From the NCBI GenBank assembly GCA_011605725.1, contig JAAOZP010000007.1, forward strand, positions 1 to 58,366: 58,366 nucleotides of DNA, written 5' to 3'. The DNA is from Nitrososphaerota archaeon. GTDB taxonomy: Archaea; Thermoproteota; EX4484-205; JAAOZP01. The notes below the pieces were generated by a model that had not been told where the DNA came from, did not search any database, and worked only from the letters and a program-made list of their open reading frames with translations. Every line of letters starts with the position of its first letter. Position 1 is the stretch's first letter. The translations under genes were made by a program, and so were the position numbers. Positions 37,745 through 46,553 of the stretch are shown here, in pieces.

Positions 37745-38863
37745 ATGTGGGTTCTCAGAAGTGATGCAATAACCGTGTGGAACAATAAGGATGTTCAGAA
37801 AAGGCTTTCATGGTATAGGGCTGTTATGAAGAACCTTAAGCCAGCGAAATTCCTTATAGCTAAAAGCATCCCGGCGCAGGTCAGCGCTAGGGATCTTAAT
37901 AGTATGAAGGAGGAGGAGCTTTGGAGGCTCCATGAGGATCTCAGCTTAGATTTCAGGAGGGCTTACGAGTCTGTAAAGAACAGTAGGGCTGGAGAGGTAA
38001 ACCCTGCGGAAGTGAGCTTCTTAGATGTAAAGATAATGCTTTCTGAAAGACTTGTTGAACACTGCGAGTTTTGCGAGAGGAGATGCAGAGTGAATCGGAG
38101 AGAGGGGAAACTGGGATTCTGCAGAGTAGGGTATGTAAGCAGGGTTTCAACATGGTTCCACCATTTCGGCGAGGAAGGCCCTTTAATAGGTGAAGGAGGG
38201 TCTGGAACAATATTCTTCGCAGGCTGCAACTTCGGGCCTTGCGTCTACTGTCAGAACTGGGATATCTCTTCAGACCCTGAGAACGGTGGCGAGGTTAATC
38301 CGAGGACGCTGGCGCTAATAAGCAGGAGACTTAGCTCTGGGAAAGCTGCAAACATAAACTACGTGGGGGGAGACCCGACGCCGAATATTCATACAATACT
38401 CTCCTCCCTTAAACACCTGGATGTAAACATTCCGCAGCTCTGGAACAGCAACATGTATTGCAGTATTGAGGCCATGAGGCTTCTCGCTGAAGTCATAGAC
38501 ATATGGCTTCCCGACTTCAAGTATGGCAGCGACGATTGTGCGAGAAGGCTTTCAAAGGTTGAGAATTATTTCGAAGTGGTGGCGAGGAACCATAGGATTG
38601 CCTATGAAAACGGGGATATGATAATAAGACACCTTGTTCTGCCGAACCATCTTGAGTGCTGCACTAAGCCTGTTTTAAAATGGATATCTGAAAACACTCC
38701 TAACGTTCTCGTAAACATAATGAGCCAGTATCATCCGGATTACTTGGTGGCGAGAAACCCTGAAGCCTATCCGGATATTGCTAGAAGACCCAGCATGAGA
38801 GAAATGCAGGATGCCTACGATTACGCTAGAAGGCTTAACATAGTTTTCGAACCAGTATCCTAG
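37745..38863 (+). CDS. PflX-like radical SAM protein
   Basis: CEFCERRCRVNR, HHFGEE, SGTIFFAGCNFGPCVYCQN, PDFKYG, IRHLVLP. Confidence 0.88.
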   Translation: MWVLRSDAITVWNNKDVQKRLSWYRAVMKNLKPAKFLIAKSIPAQVSARDLNSMKEEELWRLHEDLSLDFRRAYESVKNSRAGEVNPAEVSFLDVKIMLSERLVEHCEFCERRCRVNRREGKLGFCRVGYVSRVSTWFHHFGEEGPLIGEGGSGTIFFAGCNFGPCVYCQNWDISSDPENGGEVNPRTLALISRRLSSGKAANINYVGGDPTPNIHTILSSLKHLDVNIPQLWNSNMYCSIEAMRLLAEVIDIWLPDFKYGSDDCARRLSKVENYFEVVARNHRIAYENGDMIIRHLVLPNHLECCTKPVLKWISENTPNVLVNIMSQYHPDYLVARNPEAYPDIARRPSMREMQDAYDYARRLNIVFEPVS

Positions 38864-39786
38864 GTAACCGGTTTCTCCCAATATGGTTTTTTCAACATAA
38901 CTGCCTCCATAAACCTCTTCCTTAAAACATCATCACCTCCGCCTGCACGGATCAACCCAACTATGTCGACCAGATTATCGTTCCTCAGCAAGCAGGGCTT
39001 CAGCTTCCCGTCGCACGTAACCCTGAGCTTAGAGCAACGGGAGCAGAAATCCGGGTTCCCGGTGGGCGAGACTATTTCAACAAGAACATCCTTCCCGTTT
39101 CTGTTGAGCCTGTATACGGGGCGTTGACCAGTCTGGTTAAGCATTCTCCCAGCGGACTTTGAAGCAACATGTTTTTCAACAATGTCTAAACTTGCGTGAA
39201 ACTCTTCGAAAACCCGGTTGCCGCCTGGAATCGGCTGAAGCTCTATAAGCTGGAGAACAGCGCCTACGGAGCTCGCGTAATCCATCATTTCTTCAACATC
39301 CTCCTCGTTAACTCCTTTCAGAACAACCATGTTTATCTTAACTGGGTTTAAACCAGTCTCTAAAGCAGCGTTTATCCCGTTTAAAACCCTTGAAACATCT
39401 CCACCCCCGGTTATCCGGCTGTACTTTGAAGAATCGAGGCTGGGAAGGTTAACGTTGACCCTTGCCAGCCCTGCATCCTTAAGATCCGCCGCGTATTCCT
39501 CAAGCAGGACGCCGTTTGTAACGAGTGAGACCTCTCTGACGAGTGGTGAGACTGCTTTCACAATGTTAACAACGTCTTCCCTCACTAACGGTTCTCCACC
39601 TGTTATCTTAACAGTCTCAACACCTATGCTGCTGGCTACCTCGACGATTTTTCTAACCTCGTTTATAGTCATACTCCTGCTGGGAAGAGGGTTCCATTCC
39701 CTGTGGCAGAAGAAGCAATTAAGATTACAGTTGTCCGTAATGGATATTCTCAGGTTTCTCAATGGCCTGCCGGCCTGTTGAAGCAT
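38860..39786 (-). CDS. moaA: GTP 3',8-cyclase
   Basis: LRISITDNCNLNCFFCH, TGGEPL, FCSRC..LRVT.DGKLKPCL. Confidence 0.93.
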   Translation of the reverse strand: MLQQAGRPLRNLRISITDNCNLNCFFCHREWNPLPSRSMTINEVRKIVEVASSIGVETVKITGGEPLVREDVVNIVKAVSPLVREVSLVTNGVLLEEYAADLKDAGLARVNVNLPSLDSSKYSRITGGGDVSRVLNGINAALETGLNPVKINMVVLKGVNEEDVEEMMDYASSVGAVLQLIELQPIPGGNRVFEEFHASLDIVEKHVASKSAGRMLNQTGQRPVYRLNRNGKDVLVEIVSPTGNPDFCSRCSKLRVTCDGKLKPCLLRNDNLVDIVGLIRAGGGDDVLRKRFMEAVMLKKPYWEKPVT

Positions 39787-39919
39787 TGCTGAAAACGTTA
39801 AAACCCTGTTATAAAAAACTTTTTACCGCAAAATAACAGTAACTTCCTCGAAACAATGCTTTTTAAATGAATAAGTCTAATTTTCTTTATCACGCTAAAA
39901 CTTTATAAGCTTGTAAAAA

Positions 39920-39929
39920 GCGCGCGCGC
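39920..39929. repeat. (GC)5 tract between a TATA promoter and a 5'-truncated ORF
   Basis: aaactttataagcttgtaaaaaGCGCGCGCGCtaaacgagATG. Confidence 0.9.
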
Positions 39930-39937
39930 TAAACGAG

Positions 39938-41512
39938 ATGCTTTCTCAGCATCAGAAAGGAACGTTCGCAAGCTACATGAAGAAGCTCCCGTTCTTGGCG
40001 GGGATAGTGCTGGGATGCATAATAGGCATACTGGGAGCGTTAAACTACATTATCAAGTTCACGACAGTATTCTTCGCATTCGGCCAGTTTTACCAGCAGT
40101 GGTTCGCCGACCTTATGAACTCAATATCCCGGAACACGATACAATCCTGGTGGATGTTCATACCTGCAGACGCTGCGATAATGTACCTCGCCCCCTTAGA
40201 CGTGCTTTCCTCAATAGTCATCTGGCTATTCATATTCCAAATACTGTTCCCGCTGATACTCGTCAACACGGGGATGATAACACCCAATACTAATCCGTGC
40301 TGGACAGGGCCGTTCCCTTGGAGCGCTTTCAGCTATTACTGGGCTCCGCGCGCGCTTTTCGCGGTCGGAACCGATATTGCTCAATACATGGTGGGATGGC
40401 TTATCCCGTTCAACGCTGCGGTATGGATGTTCATCGGCTCAGTGGCAGTCTGGGTCTTCGGAAACTCTATAGCGCTCAGGATAGACCATCCCTACTTCAG
40501 CATGTGGCAGAGAGAATGGACTTACGGTGCGTCAATCCAATGGTGGTGGCAGAGGGCAATCTATGACCTGTGGGCAAGCCCGCAGGTGGGTTTAACACTC
40601 GGAATCGCGCTTGGAATACTTGCAGTCGGAGCAAAAAACATTGCGAGAGCAATCCTCTCTTTAAGGCATCTTTCAGCAGAGCAGCTTAAAACGTCATACT
40701 TGCCTTTCGGCTGGATAATCGCTTTAATCGCCGCCGGGTCTATAGGCGGTCTGCTAGTCTCAGTCTCGCTTGCTCCAGAATTATGGTTCGTCTGGGTGGT
40801 GACTTGGACGATAGTTCCGTTTATTCAAGGCATACTTACAGCGAGGGCGACGGCTGAAACAGGGTTGTCTGTCACCATACCCTACATTAGGGAAGCGTTC
40901 TTCGTATCTTTCACAAGGCCTGGGGACGTGATTCCATGGGTGGTTCCAACTCACGTGACTAGCAGCGCTGGGATAATTACTCACAGGGTTTACGTGGCTA
41001 AGCTCCTGAAGGTCAGGCCCCTAGACTACTACAAGGCCTACCTCATATTCTTCATAGTGGCTATTCTCCTATCCCTGCTGTATGTTTCAATATTTTGGGC
41101 GATGACGCCCATACCGTCTGCCTTCTACCCTTACGCCAGCTACTCTTGGCCTATTTCAGCCCTATACTTCTCCCTATGGGTTTCCAGGTCGATCGAGATC
41201 TTCAAGGTTGACGTGATAGCTATCTCAAGCATCTTATCCTTCATAATGGTTGTCGCCTCCTCCCGCTTCCCAACGCAATACTTCTCTCCAATAGGCTTCC
41301 TATATGGTTTTCAAAACATTCCTGCTTACACGCTTCCACCGTTAATCGGGGCCCTGATCGGAAAATGGCTTGAGAGAAGAATGGGTAAGGATAAATGGGT
41401 TGTGCGGAGAGGAGTGATAATCGCAGGAACCTTCTGCGGAATCACGCTTGCAGTCGCAGCCGCAGTCGCAATAACCATAATGGGGAGAGCGATAACAGCT
41501 AAACCATTCTAG
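39938..41512 (+). CDS. OPT/YSL-like oligopeptide transporter, apparently an N-truncated chimera of two paralogs joined at a (GC)4 tract
   Basis: Polytopic membrane ORF with an OPT-like C-terminal half (GTD..GWLIPF, WASPQVG, ARATAETG, PIPSAFYP). It lacks the N-terminal part with the LxFP motif. GCGCGCGC at 40348-40355. Confidence 0.6.
   Translation: MLSQHQKGTFASYMKKLPFLAGIVLGCIIGILGALNYIIKFTTVFFAFGQFYQQWFADLMNSISRNTIQSWWMFIPADAAIMYLAPLDVLSSIVIWLFIFQILFPLILVNTGMITPNTNPCWTGPFPWSAFSYYWAPRALFAVGTDIAQYMVGWLIPFNAAVWMFIGSVAVWVFGNSIALRIDHPYFSMWQREWTYGASIQWWWQRAIYDLWASPQVGLTLGIALGILAVGAKNIARAILSLRHLSAEQLKTSYLPFGWIIALIAAGSIGGLLVSVSLAPELWFVWVVTWTIVPFIQGILTARATAETGLSVTIPYIREAFFVSFTRPGDVIPWVVPTHVTSSAGIITHRVYVAKLLKVRPLDYYKAYLIFFIVAILLSLLYVSIFWAMTPIPSAFYPYASYSWPISALYFSLWVSRSIEIFKVDVIAISSILSFIMVVASSRFPTQYFSPIGFLYGFQNIPAYTLPPLIGALIGKWLERRMGKDKWVVRRGVIIAGTFCGITLAVAAAVAITIMGRAITAKPF
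40348..40355. repeat. (GC)4 tract at the putative in-frame fusion point
   Basis: tccGCGCGCGCtttt; the 12-mer TCCGCGCGCGCT is identical to 233-244. Confidence 0.85.
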
Positions 41513-41522
41513 AGTTAACATG

Positions 41523-42557
41523 CTACACTTGTTTCCTCCTTATCTCAGAAGTGTAGAGGAGTAGTCTGTCTACCTCTGTGCTCCATCCAAGCTCCTTAGT
41601 GTGGTCCGGATCCACTGCTTCAATCCATATCAACCATCTGTCACCCCTTATCTCGTCGAATAAGACTTGAGCATAAGTGTGAATCGGGTACTCGCTATGT
41701 TCGAAACGTGAAAGCGGAGTCCAAATCGTTTCGAAAACAGTTTCTAGATTCAACTTTTCTAAATCTATATGGTAGGCGACGAATTTTTTAGTAAGCGCGT
41801 TCCCATTTATCACGTCTAGCGTTTTAGTACCTATGAAAAACATGCCTGTTGCCCCAGGGATTATTGAACCGCTGAGAAGGAAGTAATCCGGCTGATTCTT
41901 GCCGTCAACAGTCGGTATTCCGAGCTTAACCCAGTTCTTCCCGTTGGTACTGACGGCCAGCGCAGTCTTCACGATACCTGTGCCTGCTTTCCTGGCTTTG
42001 TAGAGGCAGAAATACCTGCCGTCAACTATGTCGATAGTCGTGTCTCTCGACTCTCCATCATCGTATTCTTCGCTCCCCCTGATTACGAAGCCTTCAGGTT
42101 CCCATGGGCCTGAAGGGTCTTCCGAAGTCAGTAGAAACGTCTCCCACCTGCTTTCCATGAAAGCCCTTCCCTCGACAATCAGGCTCTCCCTTGAAACGTT
42201 CAGCGAAAGATAAAGATGGTACCTCCCTGTTGAAGGGTCTTTTAAAAACTGCTGGTTTTCTATGCTTAGGATTCGGGTTCCAATCATCCCGCTCAACTCC
42301 TCCTTCGTAATCCATGTCACTAAACCATAGTTCTCACCATCCTTCGACCTGTATATTTCTACAGCGTAACCCCTTCTCATGTCCCTCATTTCTCTCGGCC
42401 TGCTCGTCAACCAGTATTCTCCGTTCTCCTCGTCAACCCATATTTTCCCAGCTCCGCACCAGGAACCAGGGTTGAAGTTAGGAGGGTTGAGAATCACCCT
42501 GTTAAACCTTCTTTTAGAGAAGACGGCTTGAGGCGGGTAAAGACCATGCCAGCTCAT
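41523..42557 (-). CDS. Five-bladed beta-propeller glycosidase-like protein (GH43/32/130 clan-like)
   Basis: SKDGENY, DPSGPW, RDTTI, YKAR, STNGKNW. Confidence 0.55.
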   Translation of the reverse strand: MSWHGLYPPQAVFSKRRFNRVILNPPNFNPGSWCGAGKIWVDEENGEYWLTSRPREMRDMRRGYAVEIYRSKDGENYGLVTWITKEELSGMIGTRILSIENQQFLKDPSTGRYHLYLSLNVSRESLIVEGRAFMESRWETFLLTSEDPSGPWEPEGFVIRGSEEYDDGESRDTTIDIVDGRYFCLYKARKAGTGIVKTALAVSTNGKNWVKLGIPTVDGKNQPDYFLLSGSIIPGATGMFFIGTKTLDVINGNALTKKFVAYHIDLEKLNLETVFETIWTPLSRFEHSEYPIHTYAQVLFDEIRGDRWLIWIEAVDPDHTKELGWSTEVDRLLLYTSEIRRKQV

Positions 42558-42721
42558 GACAAAACTTGGAAAAAATAATTATTTAAGGCTTCGTTTCTCG
42601 AGAAGTGAAGCATCAAGGCTCCAACCAATAAATGCTACGGTTAGAATGATTTGGAGTGCTAATGCCCTTTTTTCCCTTACAATAAAACTGGGAATAAAGA
42701 TTGTTCACATCTCTAGTGAGT

Positions 42722-43795
42722 TCAAACTGAGAATACGTCTTCTGTGTAGGAAACGCCTGCTGCATGTATGCCCCATTCCCGGTATTTTAAGCATGTTGCA
42801 GAATAATACGCCGTATAGATTGTTCCGTCGTCAAGCTGAACGCTACTCGGATACCCGCAATCAGCGTCTGTCGCATAGGAGACTAGAGCAACCCTCTTGT
42901 TAAACATCCATGATTGACCGTCATCAGGGCTTATCACTGCATGCACCCCGTAAGGTACTCTCCGGTGTCCAAAGGTTAACAAGATGTTTCCGCTCCTAAG
43001 GTAACAGAGGTCCCCAGGGTGTTCACCGCAAACAGTTACCTGTCTAGGCTCAGACCATGTGTACCCCATGTCTCGCGAACGGCTGATAGCAACGCATTCG
43101 CCACCACCCTGAGCACAGGGTCCGCGGAGGGCTGCCAGCAAGTCTCCATCCGGCAATTGTAAAAGAGCGGTTTCATTATATCCTTTAGCAACTATGGTTA
43201 AATCCTTCCATGTGAAACCATTATCCTCAGAGCGTAGAATGTAGCTGTTTTCCATCGAGCCTTCTACAGAATATTCTTGAGAGTAAACAGACATGAGAAT
43301 AGTTCCGTCATCCGTCTGAAGCATCTTCCCATAGGGGGAAACTGCCCCTTCGAACGGAACCTCTATGAGCTCGGGCTTACTCCACTCCCTGCCCTCGTTG
43401 GTCGATCTTGTTACTAAAATTTGCCACTTCATTCCACCCTTCTTCCACAATCCATTCTCGTAGCCCCAAACTCTTGCGAAGGCAACCAGCAGGGTGCCGT
43501 CCTTTAATTGGCAGAAGGCGGGGTTCCTGTCATCAGTCTGGGACGCGGTTACGGTTCGAGGCATTGTCCAGGTCTTCCCACCGTCTTTAGATAACGAAAG
43601 TTCTAAGCGGCCTCTCTGACCAACATGATAATCCCCCATACGGAAGACAGCTGCCAGCTTCCCGTTTCGAAGCCTTGTTAAAACTGGGAAATATCCGCCC
43701 ATAGGAGTTATGAGGTGTCTTCTAACCTGCTTGAGAGAGCCTACCATCACCTCGTCTACGAACTGCATTCCGTATTCTAATTCATCGTCCCTCAT
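42722..43795 (-). CDS. Sialidase/BNR-repeat (Asp-box) glycosidase-like protein
   Basis: Asp boxes SKDGGKTW, STNEGREW, SEDNGFTW, SRDMGYTW, SPDDGQSW; DCGYPS. Confidence 0.85.
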   Translation of the reverse strand: MRDDELEYGMQFVDEVMVGSLKQVRRHLITPMGGYFPVLTRLRNGKLAAVFRMGDYHVGQRGRLELSLSKDGGKTWTMPRTVTASQTDDRNPAFCQLKDGTLLVAFARVWGYENGLWKKGGMKWQILVTRSTNEGREWSKPELIEVPFEGAVSPYGKMLQTDDGTILMSVYSQEYSVEGSMENSYILRSEDNGFTWKDLTIVAKGYNETALLQLPDGDLLAALRGPCAQGGGECVAISRSRDMGYTWSEPRQVTVCGEHPGDLCYLRSGNILLTFGHRRVPYGVHAVISPDDGQSWMFNKRVALVSYATDADCGYPSSVQLDDGTIYTAYYSATCLKYREWGIHAAGVSYTEDVFSV

Positions 43796-43888
43796 GCTCC
43801 ATGTTTTAAAAACGGCTACTTATTAATTTGATACGTGCACGTGTCATTGCTACCGTATGCTGACGGGCATAGTCTTAAGCTACGCTTG

Positions 43889-44971
43889 CTAAGGCATGTA
43901 TGCTCCGTATTTTCTAATTAGCTTTATGTATTCTTGGAATGCGCTGAATGACACGTCAGGCGGGACACTGTGGTCTGAGCAAGCTACGTATCCCCCACCT
44001 TTTTTCGCAACAGGTATTTTTCGAGAGATTTCCTCCTCTATTTCCCTAGGGTTGGCTATCTTCCTAGCGTCAAGGTTCCCTATGAGGGAAAGGGTCTCCC
44101 CGTATTTTTCTTTCAGCTCAACAACATCCATTCCCGCCTTAACCTCTAACGGCTGTATCGCTGTGAATCCTGCCTCAATCAGTTTAGGGATAAGCAGGTT
44201 CACATTACCATCCGTATGTATTATGACCGGCATGTTTCTTGCCCTGTAGGCAGAGGTCATTTGAACATGCGCCGGCTTCACGAACTCCTCGTAAATCCTC
44301 GGGGAGAAAAACGGCCCCTTACTGTAAGCCATGTCCTCCCAAACCCATAATCCGTCAACCCCCAGCCTGAGATAAGTCTCCACGATTCTAGAGAAATAGT
44401 GGCCCAAGTGTCTGAAAACATATTTTACGAGACTAGGGTTCCTATGGATGGCGATCAAAACCTTGTCCACGCTTTCCCCAAGTATGTGTCTAGTTGTTTC
44501 GAAAGGCCCTATTATGGAGCAGAAAACCGCGTAACGCTCCTTAAGCTTCCTTATGCCTTTCTCAAGCTCCCCTTTGAAAGGGTACCTGCTGCTTGAAACC
44601 CTGTTCGGCAGCTCAGGATCCAGGAGTGGCTCAAGCTTCTCTTTAAACTCTTCAATCGTTGAAACCGACGGGGGGCCAGCAGGATGAGGGGTGCCGCTTC
44701 TACCGATCCAGGCCTTAACCGTTACACCCCACGAGTCTATGTACGTTCTGAACTTATCGTTCTCCTCGATTATGATGGTGTCATACTTAGGGCTGACATC
44801 CGGACCTATCAAGTAAATATCGTAGCCGAAATATTCGTGTAGAGAAACCCCTCGCGGCAAGCCTTCGCTATACCATCTCTCCAGGGTCTCGCCCCATGGG
44901 AAGTCTATGAAGGGAACCCTGTCCGCTTCCTCATGGTTTAATACTCTTAACACTCGTTCCCTGGAATCCAT
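43889..44971 (-). CDS. Uroporphyrinogen decarboxylase/MtaA-like family protein
   Basis: SRERV..L.HEEADRVP, DSWGV, EDMAY..GPFFSP, HTDGN, QPLE, SDHSVP. Confidence 0.82.
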   Translation of the reverse strand: MDSRERVLRVLNHEEADRVPFIDFPWGETLERWYSEGLPRGVSLHEYFGYDIYLIGPDVSPKYDTIIIEENDKFRTYIDSWGVTVKAWIGRSGTPHPAGPPSVSTIEEFKEKLEPLLDPELPNRVSSSRYPFKGELEKGIRKLKERYAVFCSIIGPFETTRHILGESVDKVLIAIHRNPSLVKYVFRHLGHYFSRIVETYLRLGVDGLWVWEDMAYSKGPFFSPRIYEEFVKPAHVQMTSAYRARNMPVIIHTDGNVNLLIPKLIEAGFTAIQPLEVKAGMDVVELKEKYGETLSLIGNLDARKIANPREIEEEISRKIPVAKKGGGYVACSDHSVPPDVSFSAFQEYIKLIRKYGAYMP

Positions 44972-45039
44972 GCATTCAACACTTGGCTTAATTACTTAAG
45001 TTTTTAGCATCGAGATGGAAAACGGGTCGTCGATCGGCT

Positions 45040-46224
45040 TCACACTGTCCTCCTCATCATTAAAAATAATGCTGTTGAAAAAAGCGTTAGAACGCTCGCC
45101 GCGTAAAATATGGATGCTGGTCCAAAACGCTCCCAGAGAAGACCTCCCGCTATTCCGCCGAAAACCCCGCCTAAACCGTTGCTGAGCTCTATGAATCCCA
45201 TTGCCTCTCCAAGGTTTTCGCCTTGGCAAATCTCTGCTGTAAGCGTCCTCCTAGCGGGGAGATCCATTGCTCCAGTGATTCCGAAAATGAAAATATAGAA
45301 CCCCATGGATGCGAAGTTATCGGATAAAGCAAGGAGAATCCAGGCTGGCGAGGATATCGCTAGATGTGTCAGCATCATCCTCCAGCTTCCCTTTCTTGTT
45401 GTGACCCATGCCCAGGGAAGGAAGCCGACGGCAAGCCCAATGTTCCAAATAGCTATGATCATTCCAACCCCCGCCATATCTAGGCCAACTACCTTCTGGG
45501 CGAAAAGGCTGATGTATGGAGAGATGACGAAGAATCCTAGTTCGTGAAAGAAGATTGAGAAACCGTAGAAGACTAGGCGCTGATTCCGCCTAAGCATCTG
45601 TAACGTTGTTTTAATGTCGACTGAGCGTGTTAAAACATCCAGCCTGTTGCCCGTAGTTCTTCTTCCTCTCGAGACATAGAGGTAGTAAATCGGGATCGAT
45701 AAGAGGAAGAGTGTTGAAGCCGTGAAGAACGGGAGTTCTGGTGCGAAAAACTTTGACAGCCAGCCGGCTAGGAGCGAGCTTACCGAGGAACCCGTGAGTG
45801 TTGCAAGATAGAAAACGGCGAAGAAGAGTGGAGCTTTAGAGGGCTCCGTGTTTTCGAATATTAGGGCGTTAGCATTAGGCGTGAACAAGGCTGTTGAGAA
45901 ACCAATTAGAACATATAGGGATAAGGCTGTGAAAATATTTGTTTTTAAAAACACCAGTATGCACGCTATCGCGCCTAGGAGGCTCGAAAGCATGAGGGGG
46001 GTACGCCTGCCGGTGAAGTCTGAGAGTCTGCCTAAAGGCATGGAGGAGAAACTGATGATGCTCCAGCTGATCGAGTTCAACATGCCTATTTGACCCGGGG
46101 AGACTCCTCTGCTGTTGAAGAAGGGAGCTGCTATTGCTCCCTGCATGGAGGAGGCTGATTGATGAACCAGCCCGCCTAAAAGAACTCCTTCAAAATTTCT
46201 GTTTTTCCACTGTTTAAGGCTCAT
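45040..46224 (-). CDS. MFS transporter
   Basis: GRLSDFTGRR motif A; about 12 TM segments. Confidence 0.88.
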   Translation of the reverse strand: MSLKQWKNRNFEGVLLGGLVHQSASSMQGAIAAPFFNSRGVSPGQIGMLNSISWSIISFSSMPLGRLSDFTGRRTPLMLSSLLGAIACILVFLKTNIFTALSLYVLIGFSTALFTPNANALIFENTEPSKAPLFFAVFYLATLTGSSVSSLLAGWLSKFFAPELPFFTASTLFLLSIPIYYLYVSRGRRTTGNRLDVLTRSVDIKTTLQMLRRNQRLVFYGFSIFFHELGFFVISPYISLFAQKVVGLDMAGVGMIIAIWNIGLAVGFLPWAWVTTRKGSWRMMLTHLAISSPAWILLALSDNFASMGFYIFIFGITGAMDLPARRTLTAEICQGENLGEAMGFIELSNGLGGVFGGIAGGLLWERFGPASIFYAASVLTLFSTALFLMMRRTV

Positions 46225-46225
46225 A

Positions 46226-46233
46226 GCGCGCGC
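46226..46233. repeat. (GC)4 tract in the 15-bp spacer between the DUF6485 and MFS genes
   Basis: catAGCGCGCGCTtg. Confidence 0.85.
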
Positions 46234-46239
46234 TTGACC

Positions 46240-46449
46240 CTATCTGAGTCTTAAATTTGGAAACTTGTCTCGCACGAAGTTTTCCACAGACCTGTCGTAT
46301 GTTCTCTCAGCCTCCTTTGAGAAGAAGCATGCTGGAAGCTCACCATGCGCCCTATGGTAGCTTATGCATTCACAGCAGATTCCCTTCCTAGGGCAGTTAG
46401 GCCAGGTGCACGGGCAATTCTTAAGGTTTCTGTCCTTCTTGCATTCCAT
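46240..46449 (-). CDS. DUF6485 family small Cys-rich protein
   Basis: CPCT..NCPRKGICCECISYH..GELPACFF..EAERTYDRS. Confidence 0.8.
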   Translation of the reverse strand: MECKKDRNLKNCPCTWPNCPRKGICCECISYHRAHGELPACFFSKEAERTYDRSVENFVRDKFPNLRLR

Positions 46450-46553
46450 GCTGGAGGCAAGCCGAGTTCCAAGTATTTTAATTTTTGGTTAAAAGTCTGG
46501 AGGCTTAAGCATAGGTTTATAATAATCTGAATAGGATGTGGAAACGAGTAGCC

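Noticed and set aside
38860-38890. MoaA lacking the C-terminal GG motif
   Set aside because: This is normal for archaeal MoaA, which ends in a PYF/W-type motif.
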